From Mycobacterium sp. (GTDB taxonomy: Bacteria > Actinomycetota > Actinomycetes > Mycobacteriales > Mycobacteriaceae), in assembly GCA_025963195.1 (NCBI GenBank), contig JAOPVF010000431.1, forward strand, positions 1 through 54,432: a DNA stretch of 54,432 nucleotides. Reading direction: 5' to 3'. A program made the translations under genes and the position numbers. Shown in pieces: positions 31,576 to 41,665 of this stretch. Each line of letters begins with the position of its first letter. Position 1 is the first letter of the stretch. The notes beneath the pieces were generated by a model. That model did not search any database and had not been told where the DNA came from. It worked only from the letters and a program-made list of their open reading frames with translations.

Positions 31576-32538
31576 ATGCCACGCCCCTATCGACCCCGGC
31601 GCTCCTGCCTCGCAGTTCCTGGCAGTAGCGAGAAGATGATCAAGAAAGCGCAGACCCTGCAAGCAGATCAGATATTCCTCGATCTCGAAGACTCGGTTGC
31701 CCCTTCTGCCAAACCCGGCTCTCGCGCAAATATCATCGCCGCTCTCCGCGACGGAGCTTGGACAGGTAAGACGCGGGCCGTGCGTATCAACGCCGCGGAC
31801 ACGAGGTGGGCCTACGACGACGTCATCAGTGTCGTGACCCATGCCGGGGAGCACCTCGACTGCATCATGTTGCCCAAAGTCGAGAAGATTGCATACATCC
31901 TGTGGCTGGACGTACTCCTCAATCAGCTCGAGATGTCGTTGGGCCTTCCTCGGGGTGGTATTGGTATTGAGGCGCAGATTGAAGGCCCCGGTGGGCTCAG
32001 TGACATCGACGCGATCGCTGCGGCCACGCCCCGCCTCGAGACGATCATCTTCGGTCCGGGAGATTTCAGTGCAGCAATGCAAATGCCCCAGCTCACTATC
32101 GGCGGAGGGGATCTCGACCACGGCCCCAATCCGTTCGATCACGTGTTGATGGATATCGCCGTTGCCGCACGCAAGCATGGGGTTCAAGCCATCGACGGTC
32201 CGTTCGCAAAGATTCATGACCTCGACGGATATCGCAGCTACTGCGAACGCGCCGCCGCGTACGGGTTCGACGGAAAGTGGGTTCTACATCCCGGTCAGAT
32301 TGATGTAGCCAATACGGCGTTTTCTCCACGCCAAGAGTCGTACGACAAGGCGGAGCTGATTCTCGACGCCTACGCGTACTACTCCGCCGATGCCGGCGGA
32401 TCTGTAGGTGCGGTCATGCTCGGTGACGAGATGATCGACGAGGCCAGCGCGAAGATCGCTCAGTCGATGGCTACCCGTGGACGACGACTGGCGATGAAGC
32501 GAACCAGTGTCTTCTCACCGCCGGCCCCCTCTGCCTAG
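31576..32538 (+). CDS. CitE/HpcH family CoA-ester lyase (malyl/citramalyl-CoA lyase-like)
   Basis: RRSCLAVPGS, DLEDSV, VRIN, MLPKVE, FGPGDF, GFDGKWVLHPGQI; GAGGA RBS. Confidence 0.92.
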   Translation: MPRPYRPRRSCLAVPGSSEKMIKKAQTLQADQIFLDLEDSVAPSAKPGSRANIIAALRDGAWTGKTRAVRINAADTRWAYDDVISVVTHAGEHLDCIMLPKVEKIAYILWLDVLLNQLEMSLGLPRGGIGIEAQIEGPGGLSDIDAIAAATPRLETIIFGPGDFSAAMQMPQLTIGGGDLDHGPNPFDHVLMDIAVAARKHGVQAIDGPFAKIHDLDGYRSYCERAAAYGFDGKWVLHPGQIDVANTAFSPRQESYDKAELILDAYAYYSADAGGSVGAVMLGDEMIDEASAKIAQSMATRGRRLAMKRTSVFSPPAPSA

Positions 32539-32556
32539 ATGCAAGTGTGCGGCTCG

Positions 32557-33741
32557 TCAGAAGTTGCGGCGCAGCACGTCTGCGGCGTCGCGCCAACTCA
32601 GGTCCATGATCGCCGCAGCACGCGCGTGGCCGACACAGCTCGTCACCTTCGCGGAGAGGTCATCGGTGCTGGCGGGGAGTTGAGGGTGGCCGTACGCCAG
32701 ATCGAGCGCAGACTCGGTAACCGTTCCGTCCGACCATTCGACCTCGATTCGCGTTTCGCCATCCATCACGCCTGCAGCAGGTCCAGGTGTAGCGGCAATC
32801 TCGACTCGATGCATCAGGGCGCGAATCGAAGGTCGGTTTACTGAGGCGTCGGTGAACTCCGCTATTCCGGGAAACTCGTCGACCAGCGTGGTCGCCACTG
32901 CGTATTCCATACTGAACTTGGCTTCCAACCCGGTGCTCGGGTTGTGGTGGATGAGCGGCTGCACACCAGCCTGCGGGGTATGTACCCGAATTCTCTCGAT
33001 GAGATTCAGATCCCTGCCCGGTCGTGACAATCCCCGGACGGCGCTGATCGGACGTTGCAGGGCGTAACAGCAGGGATGCAACTTGATTGCCAAACCTCCC
33101 GGTACGGCGGGCCCGGACAGGTCCAGGCCCGCTTTTCCCCCCATCAACCGAAACCAATCATCGAGGACCGCGGGAGCAGCGGTCGCGCCAGCTGCTGCCA
33201 GCCGCGCGGCTCGGACTCCAGCGTCGGTGGCGAATCCCACTTGCAGGGCTTTGCCGGCTGTGCCGAATGCTCGCTGAAGCCCGCCTGCACCGGGTATCGC
33301 CAGTGCCATCGCTCGGGCCAATCCGGCAGGGTCCAACCCCAGGGTGAGGCCGGCTGCTATGGCAGCCGCTGGTGCGCCCGCTGTACAGGTGGTATGCCAG
33401 CCTTGGGAGTAATGCGGCCATCCCAACGCCGTTCCGATCCTCGCCATTACGCCCGCCGCTGCGAGGTATTCGCGCGCGCCACCTCCGACCGACAGCGTTG
33501 CGCTGACGCACACGACACTCACATGGGAACTCGACGGCAAGTGCACGTCGTCGAAATCCAACGCGTGCCCGATCGCGGCCCAACGCAGGGGTTCCGGAAG
33601 ACCCGTTGTCATCTGTACGACAGGCTCGTCGGACGCCGCCAACGCCACCGCGACGGTGTCGACCAGCGCCTTGTGAGCAAGCTCGAGGTCGCAGTCGTCC
33701 GGGCGTAGCTGGAAGGCCCAATCGGCGACATCCCCGATCAT
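32557..33741 (-). CDS. MmgE/PrpD family protein
   Basis: HALDFDD, GWHTT, FGTAGKALQ.G, KLHPCC, EAKFSMEY, GHP; start uncertain. Confidence 0.88.
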   Translation of the reverse strand: MIGDVADWAFQLRPDDCDLELAHKALVDTVAVALAASDEPVVQMTTGLPEPLRWAAIGHALDFDDVHLPSSSHVSVVCVSATLSVGGGAREYLAAAGVMARIGTALGWPHYSQGWHTTCTAGAPAAAIAAGLTLGLDPAGLARAMALAIPGAGGLQRAFGTAGKALQVGFATDAGVRAARLAAAGATAAPAVLDDWFRLMGGKAGLDLSGPAVPGGLAIKLHPCCYALQRPISAVRGLSRPGRDLNLIERIRVHTPQAGVQPLIHHNPSTGLEAKFSMEYAVATTLVDEFPGIAEFTDASVNRPSIRALMHRVEIAATPGPAAGVMDGETRIEVEWSDGTVTESALDLAYGHPQLPASTDDLSAKVTSCVGHARAAAIMDLSWRDAADVLRRNF

Positions 33742-33925
33742 GCGCTCAGGTCCGAGCGTTGTGCGCGAGCGGCCCGTGCCATCGCGCACTGCGCACGATC
33801 CGACCGTCGTGCTCGAAGCCCAGTTCGGCGACTGTCCATCTACACCGTCCATAAACTGGCAGGAATCAGGAATACAGTGCCACCGGCACTTGGCCTGGTC
33901 TTCATCGCCCGATGGGAGCCAACGG

Positions 33926-34582
33926 TTAGGTAATTTGCGTTCGCTCAGCAGATGAATCGGGGGACAAGAGAAAGATCTCACCGATGGACTGAACCATGTC
34001 CACGATGTCACTGACCGCCGTGGCCATATCCTTTACTCGCCGATGTGTCGATACTCTCCGGTGGCGGAACCATTCGAATGCCGCTACCCAGACAGTGGCC
34101 GCGAGATAGGGCCTCGGATCGCTTTCCGAGTCAATTCCCAGACGTTCTCCGATCAGCTGAGTAAGGTCGACAACCATTCGCTCGCGATGAATTACGACTT
34201 GTGCGTGCAATTCTGCTGATGACTCACTCAGTTCGGCGCGCAGGTTTTCCAGCTCACTGTCGTAGGTCTCGGAAAGGCGGAGGTTAACGGCTCGCAAGCT
34301 CTCGATCAGAGGTTCGTCGGCTGGTCTTTCGTTGAGCAATGGCCGAACCTTCGCAGCGTAGGTGTCCATGTCGGTGAAGAGCAGGGACTCTTTTGAGCGA
34401 AAGTGCCGAAAGAACGTCGAGGGATCTACATCCGAACGGTTGGCGATATCGACTACCGTTACCTGGTCGAACCCGCGTTCTGCGAACAGTTCCAGCGCAG
34501 AGCGAGCGAGCGAAGATCTCGTCTGCTGCGCTTTGCGCTCGCGCCTGCCGATCGGCCGCTCTTCTGTCAACTCGTCCGACAT
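33926..34582 (-). CDS. TetR family regulator
   Basis: GRRERK..TR..LELFAERGFDQVTV.DIA..V..STFFRHFRSKE. Confidence 0.93.
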   Translation of the reverse strand: MSDELTEERPIGRRERKAQQTRSSLARSALELFAERGFDQVTVVDIANRSDVDPSTFFRHFRSKESLLFTDMDTYAAKVRPLLNERPADEPLIESLRAVNLRLSETYDSELENLRAELSESSAELHAQVVIHRERMVVDLTQLIGERLGIDSESDPRPYLAATVWVAAFEWFRHRRVSTHRRVKDMATAVSDIVDMVQSIGEIFLLSPDSSAERTQIT

Positions 34583-35162
34583 TATCCTCTACACCTCATG
34601 TCTCTTTCCAGCTTTCAGCATGCTGGCAATCGGCAAATCGATCCGGCCCCAAGTTGTTGCGGTCGATCACTGCGCTGTGCCGACGAGACCCCGGGTGGAC
34701 GAAAGCTCTGACGCTCATTGGATCTCTCCTGCTGTCGGGCTGCCACGTCGCAGTCTCCGACAGCCCGAAGCCCGATGAAACCCAACTCACCGTTCCTGGA
34801 AGGCCTCACCGAGTCGCTTCACCGGCGGTGACGCGGAGCACCGACCCCGCTGGATGCGGCGCCGCTGTCTCCCTGGGCTTCCTGGGGCGAGAGTTCCGAG
34901 GGTAAACACCCTACTAGGTGGAGCGGGAGACCCGCAAATGCGGGTCGCTTGTTTAGCTGCGCCTGGCCAGTGCTGACGGCGGGTCATGCCGACCCGGCGC
35001 CGGTACGCAATTCCCTGCAACCACGACGACCGTGGCTGATTGCGGCGTGCCGGCGCGGCGCTTGTCTGTCCGGCGTCGTCGCGGCGCAGGGCCCGACGCC
35101 CTCGGTGGTGCCACGAGCGCGACGCGATGAGGTCTCGTAGCACTGCTCAAGTGCGGCGAACT

Positions 35163-35177
35163 TGCAATCGGCTCGCA
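35163..35177. promoter_or_regulatory. Candidate island operator upstream of the acyl-CoA ligase
   Basis: TGCAAT-CGG-CTCGCA, 2 mismatches, 22 nt before ATG 35200. Confidence 0.5.
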
Positions 35178-35199
35178 TATGCTATTTACTGCTGTTACT

Positions 35200-36801
35200 A
35201 TGAGTGATGACCTGCTGCGCCACCCCAACCACACCGGTCACCTGCTGGCCGGCGCGCTGAGGCGCCACCGGGACAAGCCGGTGCTGTTCCTCGGCGACGC
35301 CACCCTGACGGGCGGCCAACTCGCCAGCCGAATCAGCCAGTACATCCAGGCGTTTGAGGCACTCGGGGCCGGTACGGGCGCTACGGTCGCGGTGCTCTCG
35401 CTCAACCGTCCCGAGGTGCTGATGATGGCCGGGGCCGCCCAGACGCAGGGCTTCCGGCGGACACCGCTGCATCCGCTGGGTTCGCTCGATGACCACGCCT
35501 ATGTGTTGTCCGACGCCGGGGTGACCTCGCTGGTCATCGACCCCAACCCGATGTTCGTCGAGCGCGCACGGCGCCTCGTGGACAGGGTCGACTCGCTCAA
35601 CCAGATCCTCACGATCGGCCCGGTGCCGGCCGAACTCGCCGACATCGGCACCGACCTGGCCGCGGTCGCGGCCGGCTTCAGCCCGTGCTCGCTCGTCGCC
35701 GCCGACCTGCCATCGGATCAGATCATCGGCCTGACCTACACCGGCGGAACCACTGGCCGGCCGAAGGGTGTCATCGGCACGGCGGGGGAGGCGGTGAGCA
35801 TGACCGCCATCCAGCTTGCCGAATGGGAGTGGCCGGCCAACCCGCGGTTCCTGATGTGCACGCCGCTGTCGCATGCCGGTGGGACGTTCTTCACACCTGT
35901 CGTCGTCAAGGGCGGCGAGATGATCGTGCTGAGCAGGTTCGACCCGGCCGAGGTGCTGAAAACCATTGAGGAGCAGCGCATCACGGCGACGATGCTGGTC
36001 CCGTCGATGCTGTACGCGCTGCTGGACCACCCCGACTCCCGGACCCGTGACCTGTCATCGCTGGAAACCGTCTACTACGGCGCATCGGCCATCAATCCAG
36101 TGCGTCTTGGCGAGGCCATCGAGCGGTTCGGCCCGATCTTCGCGCAGTTCTACGGTCAGTCCGAGGCGCCGATGGTCATCACCTATCTGGCCAAGGCCGA
36201 CCACGACGAGAAGCGACTGGCCTCGTGCGGACGACCCACGCTGTTCGCGCGGTGTGCGCTGCTCGGCGAGGACGGCAAGCCGGTCCCGCAGGGCGAGCCG
36301 GGCGAGATCTGTGTCAGCGGACCCCTGCTGTCAGCGGGCTACTGGAACCTGCCCCAGGCCACCGCCGAGGCCTTCAGGGACGGCTGGCTACACACCGGTG
36401 ACATAGCCCGCGAGGACGAGGACGGATTCTGGTTCATCGTCGACCGCGTGAAGGACATGATCGTCACCGGCGGCTTCAATGTGTTCCCCCGGGAGGTCGA
36501 AGACGTGGTGGCCGAGCATTCGGCGATCGCCCAGGTCTGCGTGATCGGGACACCGGATGAGAAGTGGGGCGAGGCGGTCACCGCGCTCGTCGTGCTACGG
36601 CCGGACGCTCCGGACGACGATACGGCGATCGCGGCCATGACCTCGGAAATCCAAGCTGCGGTCAAGAAGCGCAAGGGTTCGGTGCAGGTGCCCAAGCAGG
36701 TCGTGGTGGTGGACTCGTTGCCGCTGACCGCATTGGGCAAGCCAGACAAGAAAGCGGTACGCGCCGAGTTCTGGAAAGGAACGGACCGGGCGGTCGGCTG
36801 A
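35200..36801 (+). CDS. fadD8: Fatty acid--CoA ligase, FadD8-like
   Basis: YTGGTTGRPKG, YGQSEAP, WLHTGD, GGFNVFPREVE, GKPDKK; segments (QLAEWEWPANPRFLMCTPLSHAG) recalled as near-identical to mycobacterial FadD8. Confidence 0.88.
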   Translation: MSDDLLRHPNHTGHLLAGALRRHRDKPVLFLGDATLTGGQLASRISQYIQAFEALGAGTGATVAVLSLNRPEVLMMAGAAQTQGFRRTPLHPLGSLDDHAYVLSDAGVTSLVIDPNPMFVERARRLVDRVDSLNQILTIGPVPAELADIGTDLAAVAAGFSPCSLVAADLPSDQIIGLTYTGGTTGRPKGVIGTAGEAVSMTAIQLAEWEWPANPRFLMCTPLSHAGGTFFTPVVVKGGEMIVLSRFDPAEVLKTIEEQRITATMLVPSMLYALLDHPDSRTRDLSSLETVYYGASAINPVRLGEAIERFGPIFAQFYGQSEAPMVITYLAKADHDEKRLASCGRPTLFARCALLGEDGKPVPQGEPGEICVSGPLLSAGYWNLPQATAEAFRDGWLHTGDIAREDEDGFWFIVDRVKDMIVTGGFNVFPREVEDVVAEHSAIAQVCVIGTPDEKWGEAVTALVVLRPDAPDDDTAIAAMTSEIQAAVKKRKGSVQVPKQVVVVDSLPLTALGKPDKKAVRAEFWKGTDRAVG

Positions 36802-36947
36802 TCCAGCTGCCCACCCATCCCGGCGCGCGAACCGCTTGAAGGTGCTGTTGCGGGAGAAAGCCCACTGAATCGAGGAGAGGGCACAACCGACGCCACCCCG
36901 CCGAATCAAGAGACCCGTTCTCACATCGAAGTCAGGAAACCCAAGCA

Positions 36948-38642
36948 ATGACAACCGCTACCACCACAGCAACCGTCGGCTCTTACCTGGCGACGCGACT
37001 GGTGCAGCTCGGTGTCACCCATCTTTTCGGGCTGCCCGGTGATTTCAACCTGACGCTACTCGAAGAACTGCTTGCCGTGGAGGGCATCGACTGGTCGGGA
37101 TCGACGAACGAGCTCAACGCCGCTTACACCGCGGACGGATACGCCCGGGTAGGCCGCCGTCCGGGCGCTCTCGTCACTACCCACGGGGTGGGCGAGTTGT
37201 CAGCGATCAATGGTATTGCCGGCAGTTACGCCGAAGACGTACCCGTCGTGCACATAGTCGGCATGCCCGCACGCGGCGCGATGGAGCGCCGCGCGCCACT
37301 GCACCACACTCTGCTGGACGGTGATTTCCTGCGATTCGAGCGGATGTCCCGCGAAGTCACCGCGGCCCAGGCGATCCTGGACCCCCGCACCGCGGCGCAG
37401 GAGATCGACCGGGTCCTGCTGACCGCACTGAACAAGAGCAAGCCCGTATACCTCGGTGTGCCGCTGGACGTGGCGAACGCCCCCGTCCTCAGCGAACCTT
37501 TGCGGATCCCTCTGCAGCGCATCGGAAGTGAGCCCGCCGCGGTCGAGAAGTTTCGTAAGGCCCTCCGGCGCCGTTTCACCGGCGAGAAGGGGATCACCAT
37601 GCTGGCCGGGCCACGCATACATCGCCTGGGCCTGGAAACGAAGGTGGCCCAACTCGCCGGACTACCCGGGGTCCGGGTGGCGTCCCAGCCCGGATCGAAG
37701 CCACTGCTGGATGCGGACCACCCGGCCGGCCTGGGCACCTACTTCGGCACAGCCACCCGGTCGGACGAGGCCCGGGAAGCGATCGACAAAGCTTCTCTGC
37801 TGGTCATGGCCGGAACGGTGGAGAACGACTTCACCACCGGAGCCTTCACCCACCGCTATGATTCCGCACTCGCAGTGGAGCTGACGGTCGACCACGCGCG
37901 GATCGGGCGGGCGGTGTATCCCGGTGTGCGGCTGGAGGACTCGCTGCAGGTCCTGCACGAGTTGGCGAGCACGAGCCAGTTCGCCGACGCCGGCGCGATC
38001 GCACCCACGGCGCCCCCGTCCGTCTCCGGGGGGAACCTCGACGAATCGCTGAACCACCAACGATTCTGGACAGGCGTGCAGGACTGGCTTCCGCCGTCGA
38101 CGACAGTGGCCGCCGAAATCGGGACGGCGTTGTACGGGGCACTCGATCTCCGACTCCCACCCGAGTGCGATCTGCTCGATCAGCCGGTGTGGTCGTCGAT
38201 CGGATTCACCCTGCCGGCCGTGCTCGGCGCCGCATTGGCCCGGCCCGATCGGCGACCGGTCCTCTTCATCGGGGACGGCTCGGCGCAGCTGACCGTGCAG
38301 GAACTCGGTACGTTCTATGCCCGCGGTATCCGGCCGGTCGTGTTCGTGCTCAACAACGACGGCTACACGGTCGAGCGGATCCTCCAGAGCCCGAAGGCCA
38401 ACTATCACGAGATCGTCCAGTGGAACTGGACAGAGTTGCCCTCCGCCCTCGGTGGCACGAACGTACGCACCGCGAAAGTCTCTACCGTCCGCGAGCTGCG
38501 GGATGCTCTCCAGGGTGCCTCGGACCCCGAACATGCGTGGCTGATCGAAGTAGTGCTGCCGCGGATGGACGTACCGCATCTGCTCGCAGAACTGGCGCGG
38601 GGGAGGAGCGCAGCCACCGCGGGGCCGACTCGCAACGACTGA
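36948..38642 (+). CDS. ThDP-dependent alpha-keto acid decarboxylase (pyruvate/indolepyruvate decarboxylase family)
   Basis: FGLPGDFNL, NELNAAY.ADGYAR, GVGELSA, HHTL, WSSIG, GDGSAQLTVQE..NNDGYTVER. Confidence 0.93.
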   Translation: MTTATTTATVGSYLATRLVQLGVTHLFGLPGDFNLTLLEELLAVEGIDWSGSTNELNAAYTADGYARVGRRPGALVTTHGVGELSAINGIAGSYAEDVPVVHIVGMPARGAMERRAPLHHTLLDGDFLRFERMSREVTAAQAILDPRTAAQEIDRVLLTALNKSKPVYLGVPLDVANAPVLSEPLRIPLQRIGSEPAAVEKFRKALRRRFTGEKGITMLAGPRIHRLGLETKVAQLAGLPGVRVASQPGSKPLLDADHPAGLGTYFGTATRSDEAREAIDKASLLVMAGTVENDFTTGAFTHRYDSALAVELTVDHARIGRAVYPGVRLEDSLQVLHELASTSQFADAGAIAPTAPPSVSGGNLDESLNHQRFWTGVQDWLPPSTTVAAEIGTALYGALDLRLPPECDLLDQPVWSSIGFTLPAVLGAALARPDRRPVLFIGDGSAQLTVQELGTFYARGIRPVVFVLNNDGYTVERILQSPKANYHEIVQWNWTELPSALGGTNVRTAKVSTVRELRDALQGASDPEHAWLIEVVLPRMDVPHLLAELARGRSAATAGPTRND

Positions 38643-38706
38643 AGTGAGCCGTCCGCGGATGCCGGTTACCCCAGGCGGTCCTTTCAAGTCTGCGCCGCGC
38701 GAGGAT

Positions 38707-38729
38707 GTTATGCAAGCCACTTGCATAAC
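38707..38729. promoter_or_regulatory. Perfect palindromic operator upstream of the thiolase operon
   Basis: GTTATGCAAG-CCA-CTTGCATAAC (10-bp arms). Confidence 0.7.
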
Positions 38730-38755
38730 CACGTGACATGCAGTATGACTGTAGG

Positions 38756-39943
38756 GTGACGAATCACAGCGCACGAGTAGCGGGCGTGGGGATGGTCCCG
38801 TTCAAAACCCCGAGCCAAAGCGAGTCCTACGACGCGATGGGCGAGAAGGCGGCGATGGCGGCCCTCGCTGACGCCGGCATCGACTACCGCCAGGTCCAGC
38901 ACGCATACGTCGGCTATGTCTACGGCGACTCGACCTCCGGACAAGCGGCCCTGTACAGGGTGGGCCAGACCGGCATCCCGATCGTCAACGTGAACAACGC
39001 CTGCGCGACGGGTTCTTCTGCGCTCTTCCTCGCTCGACAGGCCGTGGAGAGCGGTGCTGTTGATTGTGTGCTCGCTCTGGGGTTCGAGCAGATGCAGCGC
39101 GGCGCACTGGGCACGCACTGGTCGGACAGGCCGACACCCTTCGATCGGTTCGACGAGGTAATGCACGCGGTCCAAGGACGGGACGAATCCCCCTTCGCAG
39201 CACAATATTTCGGCGGCGCGGGACGGCAGTACGCTGAGAAGTACGGCATGGCGCCAGAGATCTTCGCCAAGATCTCGGTCAAGGCCCGCCGGCATGCCGC
39301 CAACAACCCATATGCCGTCTTCCGTGACCAGGTCACTGTCGAAGAAGTGCTGGCGTCGCCACATATCTACGGCCCTCTGACGCGCCTGCAGTGCTGCCCG
39401 CCCACCTGCGGTGCGGCGGCAGCGGTGATCTGCAGCGCGGGGTTCGCCCGCAAGCACAGCCTCGACGCTTCGGTCGTCATCAAAGCGCAAGCGATGACGA
39501 CCGACTTTGCGTCGACCTTCGACAGTGCGGACATGATGAACCTGGTCGGGTACGACATGTCCAAAGCTGCGGCGGACCAGGTCTACGAAGCAGCCGGCGT
39601 CGGCCCGGGCGACATTCGCGTTGTCGAGCTGCACGACTGCTTCACCACCAACGAACTGATCACCTACGAAGGGCTCGGGCTCACGCCGGAGGGCACTGCC
39701 GAGAAGTTCATCGCCGACGGCGACAACACCTATGGCGGACGAGTGGTCACCAATCCGTCGGGTGGTCTGCTCTCGAAGGGTCACCCGCTCGGAGCGACCG
39801 GCCTTGCGCAGTGCGCCGAGCTCGTGTGGCAACTGCGGGGGCAGGCCGAGGCCCGCCAGGTCGAGGGCGTCAAACTTGCGCTGCAGCACAACATCGGAGT
39901 CGGTGGGGCAGCGGTCGTGACATTGTACGAGAAGGTGAGCTGA
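38756..39943 (+). CDS. SCP2-type thiolase (lipid-transfer protein family)
   Basis: GDSTSGQ, NNACATGSSA (catalytic Cys present), [29 protein letters not shown]. Confidence 0.92.
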   Translation: MTNHSARVAGVGMVPFKTPSQSESYDAMGEKAAMAALADAGIDYRQVQHAYVGYVYGDSTSGQAALYRVGQTGIPIVNVNNACATGSSALFLARQAVESGAVDCVLALGFEQMQRGALGTHWSDRPTPFDRFDEVMHAVQGRDESPFAAQYFGGAGRQYAEKYGMAPEIFAKISVKARRHAANNPYAVFRDQVTVEEVLASPHIYGPLTRLQCCPPTCGAAAAVICSAGFARKHSLDASVVIKAQAMTTDFASTFDSADMMNLVGYDMSKAAADQVYEAAGVGPGDIRVVELHDCFTTNELITYEGLGLTPEGTAEKFIADGDNTYGGRVVTNPSGGLLSKGHPLGATGLAQCAELVWQLRGQAEARQVEGVKLALQHNIGVGGAAVVTLYEKVS

Positions 39944-40402
39944 GTGGCCGTAGACCCCGCAATCATCGGAACTCAGCTTCCGGCAACAACTCTCACCGTC
40001 GACGCCGGCCGCCTTCGCTTCTTCGCGAAGGCGATCGGCGAGACCAACCCGATTTATACCGACGTCGATGCCGCGAAAGCCGCTGGCTACGCAGATTTGC
40101 CTGCGCCGCCGAGCTTTCTCTTCTCCGTTGAGCTGGAAAATCCAGATCAGTTCCGATGGATCACCGACCAGGGCATCGACCCGCGCTTCGTACTACATGG
40201 CGAACAGTCGTTCACCTATCACTCCATCGCATACCCAGGTGACACGCTGACGGCGACGCCACGGATTGTCGACGTCTACAGCAAGAAGGACGGAGCGCTG
40301 GATTTCATTGTCAAGAACACCGCGATCACTCTCGCCGACGGGTCAGCGGTCGCCGACCTGGAGACAGTAATCGTTGTCCGCAACCCTGGGGCAGTCAAAT
40401 GA
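39944..40402 (+). CDS. MaoC-like dehydratase, N-terminal-type hotdog subunit
   Basis: RFFAKAIGETNPIY..A..AGY..LPAPPSF, VLHGEQSFTY. Confidence 0.9.
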   Translation: MAVDPAIIGTQLPATTLTVDAGRLRFFAKAIGETNPIYTDVDAAKAAGYADLPAPPSFLFSVELENPDQFRWITDQGIDPRFVLHGEQSFTYHSIAYPGDTLTATPRIVDVYSKKDGALDFIVKNTAITLADGSAVADLETVIVVRNPGAVK

Positions 40403-40809
40403 CATGGGCTCAGCAGATCGAGGTCGGCACCGAACTACCGGCATTGAAGATCGGTTCGATCTCGCGCACCACGCTGGCATTGTTCGCCGGCGCCTCCGGC
40501 GATCACAACCGGATGCACATCGACATCGACGTGGCCAGGTCCGCGGGACTGGACGACGTGTTCGCGCACGGCATGCTGTCGATGGCTTACCTCGGACGTC
40601 TGCTGACCGATTGGGTTCCGCAGCAGCGGATCCGGTCCTACCGAGTGCGGTTCGCGGCGATCACGCCGGTGCTCGGCCAGCCGACTGCCATCGGGAAAGT
40701 CGTCTCGATCGATGAGATGGACGGCGAACGCTGTGCCACTTTGGAACTCGCCGTCACTCTTGCCGACGGCACCGTCACCCTGGCCGGCTACGCCGTCGTC
40801 GCACTCTGA
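40399..40809 (+). CDS. MaoC family (R)-specific enoyl-CoA hydratase subunit
   Basis: FAGASGDHNRMH...VFAHGML hydratase-2 motif. Confidence 0.92.
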   Translation: MTWAQQIEVGTELPALKIGSISRTTLALFAGASGDHNRMHIDIDVARSAGLDDVFAHGMLSMAYLGRLLTDWVPQQRIRSYRVRFAAITPVLGQPTAIGKVVSIDEMDGERCATLELAVTLADGTVTLAGYAVVAL

Positions 40810-40824
40810 AAGGTATTGGATAAC

Positions 40825-41655
40825 ATGGGAACCCTCGATGGCAAGGTCGCCATTGTCTCCGGTTCGGGTCGTGGCATCGGCCGTGAGATCGCACTGAAGC
40901 TCGCCGCCGAGGGCGCATCGGTCGTGGTCAACGACCTCGATCCCGAACCCGCCAAGGAAACTGTCGCCGCGATCGAGGCCGCAGGTGGAAGGGCGGTCGA
41001 ATGTTCGGGCAGCGTGACCGATGAGGGGTTCGCCGAGCGTTTCGTGCAGACCGCGGTCGACGCTTTCGGCGGCCTGGACATCATCATCAACAACGCGGGC
41101 TACACCTGGGATTCGGTTATCCAGAAGATGAGCGACGAGCAGTGGGACGCCATACTCGACGTGCACCTCAAGGCGCCGTTCAGGATCCTGCGAGCCGCCC
41201 AACCCGTGATCTCCGCTGCGGTCAAGAAGGCAAAAGCATCCGGCGAGCTGATTCCGTGCCGAAAGGTCGTCAACATCTCCTCGCTCTCGGGTACGGGTGG
41301 CAGCGCCGGGCAGGCGAACTACTCCTCGGCCAAGGCTGGTGTCACTGGTCTGACCAAGACTCTCGCGAAAGAGTGGGGCCGCTACAACGTCACCGTCAAC
41401 TCCGTTGCCTTCGGCATGATCAAAACTCGCCTCACCGAGGCACCCGCCGGCAGCGGTGCCACGATCGATGTTCAGGGCAGGGCAATCAAAGTCGGCGTCA
41501 ACCCGGACGTGCTTACGGCGCTGGAACAGTCGATTCCCCTCGGCCGCGGCGGCACACCAGTCGAGGCAGCGGGCGCCGTCTACCTCCTGTGCACGCCCGA
41601 ATCCGACTATGTAAGCGCGCAGACTCTGCTCTGCGGCGGCGGCCTCAACTTCTGA
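40825..41655 (+). CDS. SDR, 3-oxoacyl/3-hydroxyacyl-CoA dehydrogenase type
   Basis: SGSGRGIG, VVNDL, NNAG, GQANYSSAKAG. Confidence 0.92.
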   Translation: MGTLDGKVAIVSGSGRGIGREIALKLAAEGASVVVNDLDPEPAKETVAAIEAAGGRAVECSGSVTDEGFAERFVQTAVDAFGGLDIIINNAGYTWDSVIQKMSDEQWDAILDVHLKAPFRILRAAQPVISAAVKKAKASGELIPCRKVVNISSLSGTGGSAGQANYSSAKAGVTGLTKTLAKEWGRYNVTVNSVAFGMIKTRLTEAPAGSGATIDVQGRAIKVGVNPDVLTALEQSIPLGRGGTPVEAAGAVYLLCTPESDYVSAQTLLCGGGLNF

Positions 41656-41665
41656 GAGAGGTGCG

